In this document: in pieces, positions 1-9,910 of the stretch | How the letters are laid out: each line of letters starts with the position of its first letter | How positions within the stretch are numbered: the stretch's first letter is position 1 | NCBI GenBank assembly: GCA_963662285.2 | Contig: CAXXMV010000002.1 | Span: forward strand, 1,784,150-1,848,149 | Direction of reading: 5' to 3' | Origin: a bacterium | GTDB lineage: Bacteria > Hinthialibacterota > Hinthialibacteria > Hinthialibacterales > Hinthialibacteraceae | Length of the DNA stretch: 64,000 nt | Translations under genes and position numbers: made by a program | The notes under the pieces: model-generated | Databases searched by the model: none | What the model was told of the DNA's origin: nothing | The model's input: only the letters and a program-made list of their open reading frames with translations

Positions 1-412
1 GGATGAGTTGGCCAGGATCGGTCGCGATTATCAGGAAAAAGGCGTGGCCATTGTCGCCATTAGTTCAAACAATGTGGAAACCCATGCCGCCGACAGTCCC
101 GCTTTGATGGCTGAAGAGGCCAGGAGCGCCGGATATAGTTTCCCTTATCTCTATGATGAGTCGCAGGAAATCGCCAAAGCCTATCAGGCCGCCTGTACGC
201 CTGATTTCTTTCTGTTTGATGGCGACCGTAAGTTAGTATACCGTGGGCAGTTGGATGACAGCCGGCCCAACAATGGCCTTCCCGTAACCGGGGCTGATCT
301 TCGCGCTGCGCTGGACGCTGTAATTGCTGGAAAACCTGTCTCGGCTGAACAGAAATCCAGCATGGGCTGCAATATTAAATGGAAGCCCGGTAATGAGCCG
401 AAGTATACATGA
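1..412 (+). CDS. Thioredoxin-like/redoxin (AhpC/TSA-type) protein, 5'-truncated by window edge
   Basis: Frame is open from the window start; motifs AISSN, FPYLYDESQ, AACTPDFFLFD, YRGQLDDSRP and SMGCNIKWK are typical of this family. Confidence 0.85.
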   Translation, partial: DELARIGRDYQEKGVAIVAISSNNVETHAADSPALMAEEARSAGYSFPYLYDESQEIAKAYQAACTPDFFLFDGDRKLVYRGQLDDSRPNNGLPVTGADLRAALDAVIAGKPVSAEQKSSMGCNIKWKPGNEPKYT

Positions 413-453
413 TGGGATTGGGTGTGGTGGTTTGATTTTTGAGGTGGTTCTTT

Positions 454-506
454 GATGGGTCGGTGAAGCGCTGACCCATCTCATTAGCGGTCTTGCCCTT
501 GGCGCC
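454..506. repeat. REP-like hairpin followed by a partial copy of the CAAGGG hairpin family
   Basis: gatgggtc...gacccatc at 454-480; gcggtcttgcccttggcgcc at 487-506 matches part of 34157-34199. Confidence 0.5.
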
Positions 507-687
507 TCTCCCGTCCTTGGCGTCCGTTATTACTTCCGTCATTTTTTGGATGAGATGCCATGTTAATTCTTATGGGAATCATTCTCAGTAGGAATTACAT
601 ATTTGATAAAACCGAATATAATCAATATAGAGAGGTCTTTATTAAGATCATAATTTCTCAAAAATAACCTTCGACGAAAGGCTTTTA

Positions 688-2190
688 ATGCTTCCCGCGA
701 TTACTTTACGTAACCTACCTTTAAAACTCAACTTGTTTGTACTAGAAACCATCTTTTCCACTAATCGAATTCAATGGAAAGATGCGGTTTTATGCCCTGA
801 TTCAGATGATTCACTCATTGCTTTTGTACTATTAAAAAGCGCGAAATCCGTTAAATACGCCATGCAGAAAATGAATGAATGCGAAATATCTGACAGGATT
901 ATTGAAATATTACCTTCAACCGAAGAAGAAATTGCGCGATTAGAAGAAGAACTCGAAAAAACGCGCCAAAAAGAAAAAGAGACTTCCCGCAGTTCTAATA
1001 ACATTAATTCTTCATCTGAAGATAAACAATTACCTAAAGATAATAAATTGCCTGATGAGGATGAAGATGAAGACAAAGAAGAAGTCGATAATATTGAATG
1101 TCTTCCATTTTCTTCAATGGGCTTATCTGATGCGGTAATGCGGAATTTGGAACGTTTAAAGTTTGAAACAGCAACCCCGATCCAGACGTTGGCTATACCC
1201 CCGGCTTTGGAAGGGTGTGACATTATCGGTCGCGCCCAGACCGGAACAGGGAAGACGATGGCTTTCGGCATCCCCATAGTGGAACTGTTATTGAAACATC
1301 CCGGAAAAGGTCTACGCGCCCTGGTTATTGCGCCTACCCGCGAGTTGGCTGTTCAAATCAAGGATGTCATTGCAGACATCATTGTTGATACAGGTCTGAA
1401 AACACTGGTGGTTTATGGTGGAGACAATATCCTTGATCAAATGCTCACTTTGCGTGACGGTATAGATATACTGATCGCTACTCCGGGACGTTTGTTGGAT
1501 ATTCAGAGCCGCGGCCGCTTACGGGTTGATGCGGCGGAAATTCTGGTATTGGACGAAGCGGATCGAATGTTGGATATGGGATTCCTGCCTCAGATGACCA
1601 AAATTTTCCATTGTTTCTATGAACATCCCCAAACCATGCTGTTTTCAGCCACTATACCTACGGAACTGGGTAAACTGACAGGCATAAACTTAAAGAATCC
1701 CGTATTGGTTGATGTGGGAGCCACTGATTTAACTCCACTCGAAGCCGTATCGCAAAAGGTATTATACCTCTCTCCTGAAGAGAAAGAGCACTATCTTTAT
1801 GATCTGCTGGATCATGAAAGCGGCCCGGTTCTCGTTTTTGCCAAAACCAAGCGTTCTACCGAGCGGCTCGCTCAAACGTTAAAATCCAAGGGTTACTCGG
1901 CGACGCGGATTCATGGTGATATTGATCAGAGCATACGTACCCGCGCTGTAGAAGCATTCCGCAATGGAGAGTATAAAATCCTGGTGGCAACCGACGTCGC
2001 TTCGCGGGGATTGGATATAGATGGCATCGCCCATGTGGTTAATTTCGATCTACCCATGGCGCCGGAAGATCATCTGCACCGCATAGGCCGCACTGCCCGC
2101 GCCGGAGCAACCGGCAAAGCCACTACCTTCATAACTCACAAAGAACGCCGCACCATCAAACCATTCAACGTTGTGCTTGGACAGGGATAA
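688..2190 (+). CDS. DEAD-box RNA helicase with N-terminal RRM-like domain and acidic linker
   Basis: Q-motif (TPIQ), AQTGTGKT, PTRELA, TPGRL, DEAD, SAT, RGLDI, HRIGRTAR; first ~78 aa follow an RRM pattern. Confidence 0.92.
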   Translation: MLPAITLRNLPLKLNLFVLETIFSTNRIQWKDAVLCPDSDDSLIAFVLLKSAKSVKYAMQKMNECEISDRIIEILPSTEEEIARLEEELEKTRQKEKETSRSSNNINSSSEDKQLPKDNKLPDEDEDEDKEEVDNIECLPFSSMGLSDAVMRNLERLKFETATPIQTLAIPPALEGCDIIGRAQTGTGKTMAFGIPIVELLLKHPGKGLRALVIAPTRELAVQIKDVIADIIVDTGLKTLVVYGGDNILDQMLTLRDGIDILIATPGRLLDIQSRGRLRVDAAEILVLDEADRMLDMGFLPQMTKIFHCFYEHPQTMLFSATIPTELGKLTGINLKNPVLVDVGATDLTPLEAVSQKVLYLSPEEKEHYLYDLLDHESGPVLVFAKTKRSTERLAQTLKSKGYSATRIHGDIDQSIRTRAVEAFRNGEYKILVATDVASRGLDIDGIAHVVNFDLPMAPEDHLHRIGRTARAGATGKATTFITHKERRTIKPFNVVLGQG

Positions 2191-2256
2191 ACCACGTTTA
2201 ATCATTAACCATTGGCGCCTGTTCATATTAACCTCGTTTTTTTTACGCAGGTAATT

Positions 2257-2302
2257 ATTATCAACCCTCACCTAACCTCTCCCAATCTTGGGAGAGGGAT
2301 AT
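2257..2302 (-). repeat. CCCTCACC/GGGAGAGG hairpin repeat, inverted relative to the copies at 26.1 and 30.4 kb
   Basis: ttatcaaccctcacctaacctctcccaatcttgggagaggga is near the reverse complement of 26129-26169. Confidence 0.7.
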
Positions 2303-2428
2303 TCGCCTTCCGTTTTTACATGACAAAATAAAAATTGTTTCATACATAGAAATCCAACTCCATTTCATGTTATGTTAGGTATATTATTAGATCAATTCTG
2401 ATAGTATTTCACTCACAGGAGACATAAC

Positions 2429-3712
2429 ATGATTAGGCGTGATTTTATCAAATATTCTTCAACCGTTGCCGGAACATCACTGATAGGCAACTCAAAAAGC
2501 TGGGCTGGCGCCAACGATAGAATCCGCACCGGCATCATCGGCATGGGCGGTCGCGGCGGTTATCACATGCATAGCGCCTCGAAATTCGACGGCGTTGAAG
2601 TGGCCGCTATCGCTGATCCCGATCAACGCCGCATTGATAAATGGGCGGCTGAACTTAATGAAAAAACCGGCAAAGCGCCAGCCAAATATCAAGACTTGCG
2701 AAAAATTATTGAAGATAAGAGCATCGATGCGGTCATGATCGCTTCCAGCAACCATTGGCATGCCCTAGCCGGGATATGGGCTTGTCAGTCGGGCAAACAC
2801 GCATATGTTGAGAAACCTGTTTCACACAATATGTTCGAGGGACGCAAACTGATTGAAGCTGCGCGAAAGTATAATCGCTGCGTACAAGGCGGAACCCAGC
2901 GCCGTTCTTCGGGTTTGTTCCGCAAAGCGGTTCAACTGTTGCACGACGGGATTATAGGCGATATCTACATGGCGCGCGCTATAGTGTATGGCGCCCGTGA
3001 TTCAATCGGCTTTAAACCGCAAGAACCGATTCCTGAATGGTTCAATTGGGACGTCTGGCTTGGACCGGCGCAGGACCAACCCTATCACGGCAATATGACT
3101 CATTATAACTGGCACTGGTTCTGGGACTTCGGCAATGGAGAACTGGGCAATAACGGAAGCCACATTCTTGATGTAATCCGCTGGGGATTCAACCGGGGAT
3201 TGCCGGACAAAGTCAGTTCCAGCGGAGGCCGCTTCGGATATAAAGACCAGGGCGAAACCCCCAATACCCAACTGTGCAACTTTGAATATGATGACGGCAG
3301 TTATATCTCCTGCGAAGTACGCGGGCTTCCCACCAATACTGAAGCCGATGGAAAAGAGTGGGGCGGATTCTTCTATGGTACAAAAGGTTATATGGCGATT
3401 GATGACAAGAATTATCAAATCTTCCTGGGAAGGAACAAAGAACCTGAACCGGATCAGGGACAATTGGAACGCATCCAACATCAGGAGAATTTCTTTAACG
3501 CCATCCGGGCGGATGACCCCAAATTGCTGACGGGCGATATAGAAGAGATTCATCAATCATGCGCCTTCTGCCTCTTGGGCAATATCGCTTACCGCTTAGG
3601 GCGCGAACTTAAGTTCGATCCGGTAAAAGAAAAATTCATCGGCGACAAAGAAGCGGATCGTCTGCTGACCCGCGATTACCGTAATCCATTCATCGTTCCT
3701 GATAGGGTATAA
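2429..3712 (+). CDS. Tat-exported Gfo/Idh/MocA family oxidoreductase
   Basis: MIRRDFIK twin-arginine signal; GIIGMGGRG, HWH, YVEKP, WDVWLGPA, GELGNNGSH. Confidence 0.9.
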   Translation: MIRRDFIKYSSTVAGTSLIGNSKSWAGANDRIRTGIIGMGGRGGYHMHSASKFDGVEVAAIADPDQRRIDKWAAELNEKTGKAPAKYQDLRKIIEDKSIDAVMIASSNHWHALAGIWACQSGKHAYVEKPVSHNMFEGRKLIEAARKYNRCVQGGTQRRSSGLFRKAVQLLHDGIIGDIYMARAIVYGARDSIGFKPQEPIPEWFNWDVWLGPAQDQPYHGNMTHYNWHWFWDFGNGELGNNGSHILDVIRWGFNRGLPDKVSSSGGRFGYKDQGETPNTQLCNFEYDDGSYISCEVRGLPTNTEADGKEWGGFFYGTKGYMAIDDKNYQIFLGRNKEPEPDQGQLERIQHQENFFNAIRADDPKLLTGDIEEIHQSCAFCLLGNIAYRLGRELKFDPVKEKFIGDKEADRLLTRDYRNPFIVPDRV

Positions 3713-3715
3713 AAA

Positions 3716-4675
3716 ATGAAAAATTTTACTCTGAAACATATCACACTAATCATTTCTATGTTTATCATATTGCTTGCGCCGGGAAGCGGCAAACTCCAGG
3801 CGCAAGACGTCAAGCCTGCGTTCAAGCCGGTTCCGGAGATGCAGGTTATACCACAGCCCTATGATCAGACATCGATACACCGTAATGGCGTTGAAATCGC
3901 GCGTTATCATTTCGGGCCGCAACTGAACCGCCCCTTTATCTTTCCCATAATCGGTCCATCTGGTTTATCGTTGGTCCGCATGGCGCATCCCCGTGACCCC
4001 AATGGACATAGCCATCACAATGGAGTCTGGATATCGCACAATATTATCAATGGCATAGACTTTTGGGCTGATACAGGCGAAGGCAGGATCGTCCATAAGG
4101 GCATCGTCAAATATATCGATGAAGGCGGCGATGCTGCAATCATCGCTGAGAATCATTGGCTGGATGGTGATAAGAAAGCGCTATTGCAGGAGACGCGGGG
4201 CATGACCGCGCATCCACTGCCCGACAAGGAATGGCTGCTTATCATTGATCTGCAATTCAAAGCGTTGAATGGCGACGTGAAATTTGAAGATACGCCGTTC
4301 GGTATGATCGGCGTGCGCATGGCCAAAACAATCGGCGTACATGACGGCGGAGGCATGATCCGCAATGCTGAAGGCGCGGTTAACGAAAAGGCCATTTTCC
4401 GTAAAAAAACGCGCTGGGTGGATTATAGCGGACGCATTACCAATGATGCGGTTGAGGGAATCACTCTATTCGATCACCCCATGAATCCGAACCACCCCGC
4501 GCCATTCCATGTGCGCAATGATGGATGGATGGGCGCCTGTCTGAATCACGAGGCGCCGTTCACTCTCAAAAATGGCGAGTCGCTCAAACTGCGCTACGGA
4601 TTATATATCCACAGCGATTTGAAACCGCTTGCTGATATTGAAGAGCATTGGAAACAATTTACGCAGATGGATTGA
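3716..4675 (+). CDS. Secreted PmoA-like (PF14100/DUF6807-type) protein
   Basis: Signal peptide; RPFIFPI, HSHHNGVW, GVRMA, WVDYSG, FDHPMNP, FHVRNDGW. Confidence 0.75.
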   Translation: MKNFTLKHITLIISMFIILLAPGSGKLQAQDVKPAFKPVPEMQVIPQPYDQTSIHRNGVEIARYHFGPQLNRPFIFPIIGPSGLSLVRMAHPRDPNGHSHHNGVWISHNIINGIDFWADTGEGRIVHKGIVKYIDEGGDAAIIAENHWLDGDKKALLQETRGMTAHPLPDKEWLLIIDLQFKALNGDVKFEDTPFGMIGVRMAKTIGVHDGGGMIRNAEGAVNEKAIFRKKTRWVDYSGRITNDAVEGITLFDHPMNPNHPAPFHVRNDGWMGACLNHEAPFTLKNGESLKLRYGLYIHSDLKPLADIEEHWKQFTQMD

Positions 4676-4689
4676 TGATTGTTATTGGC

Positions 4690-4960
4690 GATTATAAATC
4701 CTCTATCAGATTAGCTTTGGTTATATCGTAATGGCGGGTGCCAAGGGCAAGAGCGCATTGCGCTCAGCCCTTGATCAAACCACCAACGATAGGATGATAT
4801 TCCTTAACTTAATGACATTGCTTTTGTCGGCGCTCGATATGTCAGGCGACCTGGGTGCCGGAATCATTGGCGGGTTCTATCCATCGGGCAACCACAAGGG
4901 ATTGCCCCTACGGTGATTATAAATCCTCTATCAGATTAGCTTTGGTTATATCGTAATGGC
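4690..4960. repeat. Perfect 46-bp direct repeat (4690-4735 and 4915-4960) duplicating the 3' end of the ytxJ-like gene around a 179-bp insert
   Basis: gattataaatcctctatcagattagctttggttatatcgtaatggc occurs twice; the insert carries hairpins at both ends. Confidence 0.9.
4886..4911 (-). repeat. GTAG-type REP hairpin
   Basis: Reverse complement reads gtaggggcaatcccttgtggttgccc. Confidence 0.7.
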
Positions 4961-5270
4961 TGTAGTCGCCAACCGCGCTGCCATCTTTGACGCATATTAC
5001 TTGCGGGCTTTGATGGGTCACGCCTAACCGATCAGCGATTTCGGCAGAAAGATTGCGCTGCTCCTGGACGATAACCAGATATACCGTTGCGCCAGTCTCT
5101 TTGATGAATCCATTAACCTGGTTCTTTGCTGAACTGGAAATTGGACAGATAGTGCTATGTTTCAAAATAAAAACCGTTTCATCCCGGCTTCTCTCCAGAC
5201 ATTGATCCACATTTTCCATTTTGGAATATAGTTCATCCCTATCATCGTTCATCAAATTAAAAAGACTCAT
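4917..5270 (-). CDS. ytxJ: YtxJ/BrxC-like monothiol thioredoxin-fold protein (DUF2847)
   Basis: LKHSTICPIS, GVTHQSPQV and SHYDIT motifs; AGGAG upstream of ATG at 5270. Confidence 0.8.
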   Translation of the reverse strand: MSLFNLMNDDRDELYSKMENVDQCLERSRDETVFILKHSTICPISSSAKNQVNGFIKETGATVYLVIVQEQRNLSAEIADRLGVTHQSPQVICVKDGSAVGDYSHYDITKANLIEDL

Positions 5271-5414
5271 GCTGCATAATCTCCTATATATTTCGCATAA
5301 ACATTGATTTTCATTATACCCAATTATATCAGTGTAATCACTCTGTAAGAGTATATGATTGACTGATTGTTTTCTATAATTTTGGATATTAAACATTAAG
5401 GGGCGAATAAGAAA

Positions 5415-6926
5415 TTGGGCGGAATCACTGATCCTATTGTACTTTCCATTGATATTGGAACTTCTTCCATACGTAGCCAGCTGTATGACGCAGCAGGCCG
5501 GGTGGTGGAGAATGCCGGCGGGCGGATTAAGTACGCTATGTCTAATACTGATGACGGCGGCGCATTTATTGATCTAAATGAACTATGTGAAATGGTTTAC
5601 AAGGTTATCGACGTTGCGGTTGATGATGCGCAACGGCTAGGCGTCTCCATCGCCGCCGTGGCCTGTTGCACCTTTTGGCATAGTCTGGCTGGCATCGACC
5701 ATAACAACGATCCCTGTACTCCAATGATAAACTGGAATGATACCAGACCGGAAATTATCCTGGATGATTTACATAAACGGCTCGATGCTGATGCATACAC
5801 CAGCCGCACCGGCTGCCCGGTGCACGCCAGTTATCACCCCGCTAAAATTACATGGATGCATCAATCCATGCCCGAAATCGCCTGTAAAGTGCGACACTGG
5901 ATGTCTGCTGGCGAGTATCTGATGCACCAAATAACCGGACGACGCGCCTGTTCTTATTCAATGGCTTCAGCCACTGGATTGCTCGATTCCGCCAATCTGG
6001 TGTGGGATCAAGCCACCCTGGCGCAGATTCCCGCTGAGGTTGAAAATCTCTCTCCATTATGCGATGCGGGTGATGGAGTGCAGAACCTTACGCCGCAGTT
6101 CGCCCGACGCTGGCCTGCGTTGCAAAACGCCATCTGGCATCCGGCGCTGGGCGATGGAGCATGCAGCAATATCGGCTGCGGCGGCAGCGTCGCCGAACGG
6201 ATGGCGGTTATGATCGGCACTTCCGGCGCCATGCGCATCGTATGGCGCGGCGAGTACCGCAAACCCCCGGCAGGACTTTGGTGCTACCGCGTTGACGGAC
6301 AACGCCCCATTCAAGGCGGGGCGCTAAGCAATGGCGGCAACCTGTTCGGTTGGATGAAGGACGCTATCGATTTTTCGACTCAGGGAATTGATAAGAACCA
6401 ATCCGAAGGCCTGCGGAAACTGGATCGTTTGCTGCATGAAGCAAAACCGGATGGACATGGTTTGACCTTTCTGCCATTTCTGGCCGGGCAACGTAGTCCA
6501 CGCTGGAATCCGCACAGCACCGGATCAATCCACGGTTTGCGGTTATCAACTAAACCAGCTGATATTGTTCAGGCCGGGCTGGAAGCGGTGGCTTACCGGT
6601 TCAAGATGATCCATGATCTGCTGAGCGGCGTAGTCTCAGAGGATCACTCGATCATAGCGACCGGCGGGGGACTGCTGCAATCACCGGCCTGGGTGCAGAT
6701 ACTGGCTGATGTCCTGGGGCGAACGGTATATACTTCAACCATTACAGAAGCATCATGCCGGGGCGCAGCATTGCTGGCGCTGGAGTCTCTGGGCGCCATT
6801 AATGACGTCGCAGAAATCGACGCCGGATTGGGCGATAAGGTTACGCCCGACATGGATGCGCATTTGATATATCAATCCGCATTGCAGCGCCATATTGATT
6901 TCGAGAACCGTTTGAGAAATGATTAA
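5415..6926 (+). CDS. gntK: FGGY-family carbohydrate kinase, probable gluconokinase
   Basis: DIGTSS, WHSL, RTGCPVH, ASATGL, GDGACSNIG, GTSGAMR, LWCY, GGALSNGG. Confidence 0.8.
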   Translation: MGGITDPIVLSIDIGTSSIRSQLYDAAGRVVENAGGRIKYAMSNTDDGGAFIDLNELCEMVYKVIDVAVDDAQRLGVSIAAVACCTFWHSLAGIDHNNDPCTPMINWNDTRPEIILDDLHKRLDADAYTSRTGCPVHASYHPAKITWMHQSMPEIACKVRHWMSAGEYLMHQITGRRACSYSMASATGLLDSANLVWDQATLAQIPAEVENLSPLCDAGDGVQNLTPQFARRWPALQNAIWHPALGDGACSNIGCGGSVAERMAVMIGTSGAMRIVWRGEYRKPPAGLWCYRVDGQRPIQGGALSNGGNLFGWMKDAIDFSTQGIDKNQSEGLRKLDRLLHEAKPDGHGLTFLPFLAGQRSPRWNPHSTGSIHGLRLSTKPADIVQAGLEAVAYRFKMIHDLLSGVVSEDHSIIATGGGLLQSPAWVQILADVLGRTVYTSTITEASCRGAALLALESLGAINDVAEIDAGLGDKVTPDMDAHLIYQSALQRHIDFENRLRND

Positions 6927-6964
6927 TTCAAAATATTTCAATATACTTTTATGTTTTCTACTCG

Positions 6965-9619
6965 TTAAATCACAATTTTTTTTATTTCGTTTGTATTTGG
7001 ATTAAACAATGCAAATTCTGTTTCTCCTGGTATTTCTAAAAGGTCGTTATAGGCGATCAAAATTGAATCATCCCCAGAATCCCAATTTTTGTATTGTCCA
7101 TTATAGACAAATCCATATTTATGATGATAAAAAAAATTAGAAACAAGAAATTCTTTATTTGAGTTTTTTTGGTTTATACCAATTGATCCCGGAGCAATTA
7201 TTTTAATTTCATCATCACTTACTATAATTTCATCTTGATCAGAAAATATATCTTCTTCTCTCCCAACTTTTAAGCAATGATCTATATTAATAATCGCATC
7301 CCTCGATTGTGTAGTTAATTCATATTGAATCTCACTGTTTGCCAAATCTTCCATTTTCCTGACAACTCTTTTGAATATTTCTTCATCTAATAATCTAGAA
7401 GATAATCTTAAACTACCATAATTCTGATCTAAGAGACAGATGAATTTTTGACCTTGACACAAGATTTCCTTACTTTTTTTTAATTTACCGAAACCGAAAT
7501 TCAAATCATTACGCTCGAATGGAATTGTTAATAAGAAGGCTTCATACAAAATATCTGAAAGCAAATTGTATTGAGCATAAGTCTCATCAAAAGATGGGTG
7601 AAACAAGAGAACTCCAGTTGTAAAGAATGTATTTGAAAAATATTTTTCTTTGTAATATAGGGATTGTTCGCCAGTTAATGGAAATGAGAATTTTTTTTCT
7701 TTATTTCCTCTCTTTTCTAAAAAACCTATGATTGTTTCATGAACTTGTAAATCACATTCGATGAGAACCAGATCGTTATATCGAATACTTTGTTTTATTC
7801 TGGTATTATCTAAATTAGGATATATTTGAGTTGGCAGAATTATTGGTTTAGTAAAAATATATTTCTCTGGACGTACTTCAACCAAATGTTCTTTACGTCT
7901 TACTTTTGTGACACGGTAGGGTTTTGTTGCATAGTAATAAACTGCTCCAGGATATGCTTCTCTCATAAGTTGTGAAAGAGATAAGTCTCCTTTGTCATCG
8001 TTATTCCCTGGCATATTTACTTTTATACGATATTGTTGACCTATATCTCTAAGTGGAAAAATAATATTAGGATTATCCGCACATTGAGATTTCATCATTT
8101 GGAGATTTGCTGGAATTGAACCCGATTCTTCTTTTTCACAAAGTTCTATAAATCCTTTAGGCCATATAATTTGGCTCTTGAAATTTAGTTCTTTATCAAA
8201 TCCAAGATAATCATTAACTTTTTGATGTTCGCCTTCTTGTCTACATAAACACATAGCATGAATATATTGAATGTACTCATTTTCTAAATAAAGAGCACTT
8301 TCATTCAAAGGTAGATTTAATAAATTTTCAGGATTTCTGAAAACTGATTTTGAAGCAATAGTCTTATTATTAATTATTAAAACAGTACCTTTTTGTTTTC
8401 GTCCAATTCGCCCAATCCTCTGATAAAAGCTAGTTGATGAATAAGGTACGCCTACTAGAACCGCGATAGAAAGATTGGGAATATCTAATCCTAATTCTAA
8501 TGCACTTGTACTAATAACACCAGAAATATCACCACAGGTTAGTTTTTTTTGGATTTCTTTACGGTCGTTTTCTTCATATCCCGCTCGATAAGGAAGAATT
8601 TCTAAATTGTTAATCGTTTGTTCTTTATCATATATTATAAATTCATCATCTAGTTCATTGGGTTCTCTATTAGTATGTTTTTGTGTACGAGATAAGATTG
8701 TCGAAATGTATTCAGTTTGTTTTCGGCTATCAACAAAAGTAATGAATTTTTTTGAAGTAGATTGGGAAATTTCACGTAGTAAATTTGAAATACTCGTCAT
8801 TATGTCTGTTTCTTCTAGTGGATTGAGTAAATATATATCAATTGGGTATTGCGGAGACGCGTCGTACTTTGAATCGATAATAAGGAAAGATATTCCAAAA
8901 AGATTTTGAAGGTGGATTTCAGGGTTACTAATAGTAGCGGAAGCTGTGATATATTTATACTTTGAATTTAACATATTCAAGAAATGGTTAAGACGACGAA
9001 ACAAAAAAGAAGAATTACTACCAAAAACACCACTGTAATGGTGAACCTCATCAACGACCACAATCTCAAGGTTTTGTAGGAAATTAATAACCGTAGGATC
9101 AGAAATATTTCGGAATAACCAAGCGTGAATTATATCAGGTGTCATTATCAAAACATTGGATGTTTTTAATATATTGAGTCGCTCTTGCATATTTATATTA
9201 CCATCAATTCTACCTGCTTTCATATTTAAACTGCTTTTATTCAAAAATTCTTGCCAACGCTCAGTTTGTTCAAATCCCAAAGATTTTAAAGGATAAATAG
9301 CGAGGATTCTTGCTTTTGGATTCTGTATTAGTCTCTCAATGGACAGAATGTAAAAAATTAAACTTTTGCCTGATGCAGTACTAGTTGATATGCAAATGTT
9401 ATTGCCATCTTTAAATTTCTTAATGGCATATGCTTGATGAAGGAATAATCCATCAGGAAAGAGAGATGATAAATTTTGGCAAATGTTTTCTGATATATCG
9501 CTTTGATCAAAAGGAAAATACTTAGGCCATTTTTTACCAATAGATAAAGTGTGGGTTATTTGATAATCATGTTTTAGGATGATTTTTTTAATGTCGTTTA
9601 TTGAGTTTTCCATTATCAT
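6965..9619 (-). CDS. SF2 DExH helicase, MrfA/Hrq1(SftH)-like, AT-rich
   Basis: TSTASGKSL, YPLKSL, TPDIIH, DEVH, SATI, YRAGY, STSALELGLDI, QRIGRIGR, EAYPGAVY; degenerate DUF1998-like segment. Confidence 0.85.
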   Translation of the reverse strand: MIMENSINDIKKIILKHDYQITHTLSIGKKWPKYFPFDQSDISENICQNLSSLFPDGLFLHQAYAIKKFKDGNNICISTSTASGKSLIFYILSIERLIQNPKARILAIYPLKSLGFEQTERWQEFLNKSSLNMKAGRIDGNINMQERLNILKTSNVLIMTPDIIHAWLFRNISDPTVINFLQNLEIVVVDEVHHYSGVFGSNSSFLFRRLNHFLNMLNSKYKYITASATISNPEIHLQNLFGISFLIIDSKYDASPQYPIDIYLLNPLEETDIMTSISNLLREISQSTSKKFITFVDSRKQTEYISTILSRTQKHTNREPNELDDEFIIYDKEQTINNLEILPYRAGYEENDRKEIQKKLTCGDISGVISTSALELGLDIPNLSIAVLVGVPYSSTSFYQRIGRIGRKQKGTVLIINNKTIASKSVFRNPENLLNLPLNESALYLENEYIQYIHAMCLCRQEGEHQKVNDYLGFDKELNFKSQIIWPKGFIELCEKEESGSIPANLQMMKSQCADNPNIIFPLRDIGQQYRIKVNMPGNNDDKGDLSLSQLMREAYPGAVYYYATKPYRVTKVRRKEHLVEVRPEKYIFTKPIILPTQIYPNLDNTRIKQSIRYNDLVLIECDLQVHETIIGFLEKRGNKEKKFSFPLTGEQSLYYKEKYFSNTFFTTGVLLFHPSFDETYAQYNLLSDILYEAFLLTIPFERNDLNFGFGKLKKSKEILCQGQKFICLLDQNYGSLRLSSRLLDEEIFKRVVRKMEDLANSEIQYELTTQSRDAIINIDHCLKVGREEDIFSDQDEIIVSDDEIKIIAPGSIGINQKNSNKEFLVSNFFYHHKYGFVYNGQYKNWDSGDDSILIAYNDLLEIPGETEFALFNPNTNEIKKIVI

Positions 9620-9910
9620 GGCCCTTATCAGTACAATTTACAATACTGTTTTGGTTGGGAATACAATTATTACAATCTTCTTTCCTATTGATTAATAAAC
9701 AGGTGGATTGTTATGTATCAATACATTTTATATAAATATCAAATATATTGATATGTGTCAATAGTGTAAATAGATTATTATTGCTGAATTAGCTAAATTA
9801 TTATGGTATGTTGCATCTTAGAGTATTGGGAGATTTAATGAATAAATATTCATGAGGTCAAAGTACTTCCCCTCCACGACAAATGAAGTTGCTGTTGGTA
9901 TAATGCATCC

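Noticed and set aside
3716-4675. Methane monooxygenase function for the PmoA-like gene
   Set aside because: Soluble secreted protein next to a sugar oxidoreductase, no pmoB/pmoC; the family name is misleading
4731-4916. 61-aa ORF inside the duplicated segment
   Set aside because: Made largely of two hairpin repeats; no RBS or recognisable protein features
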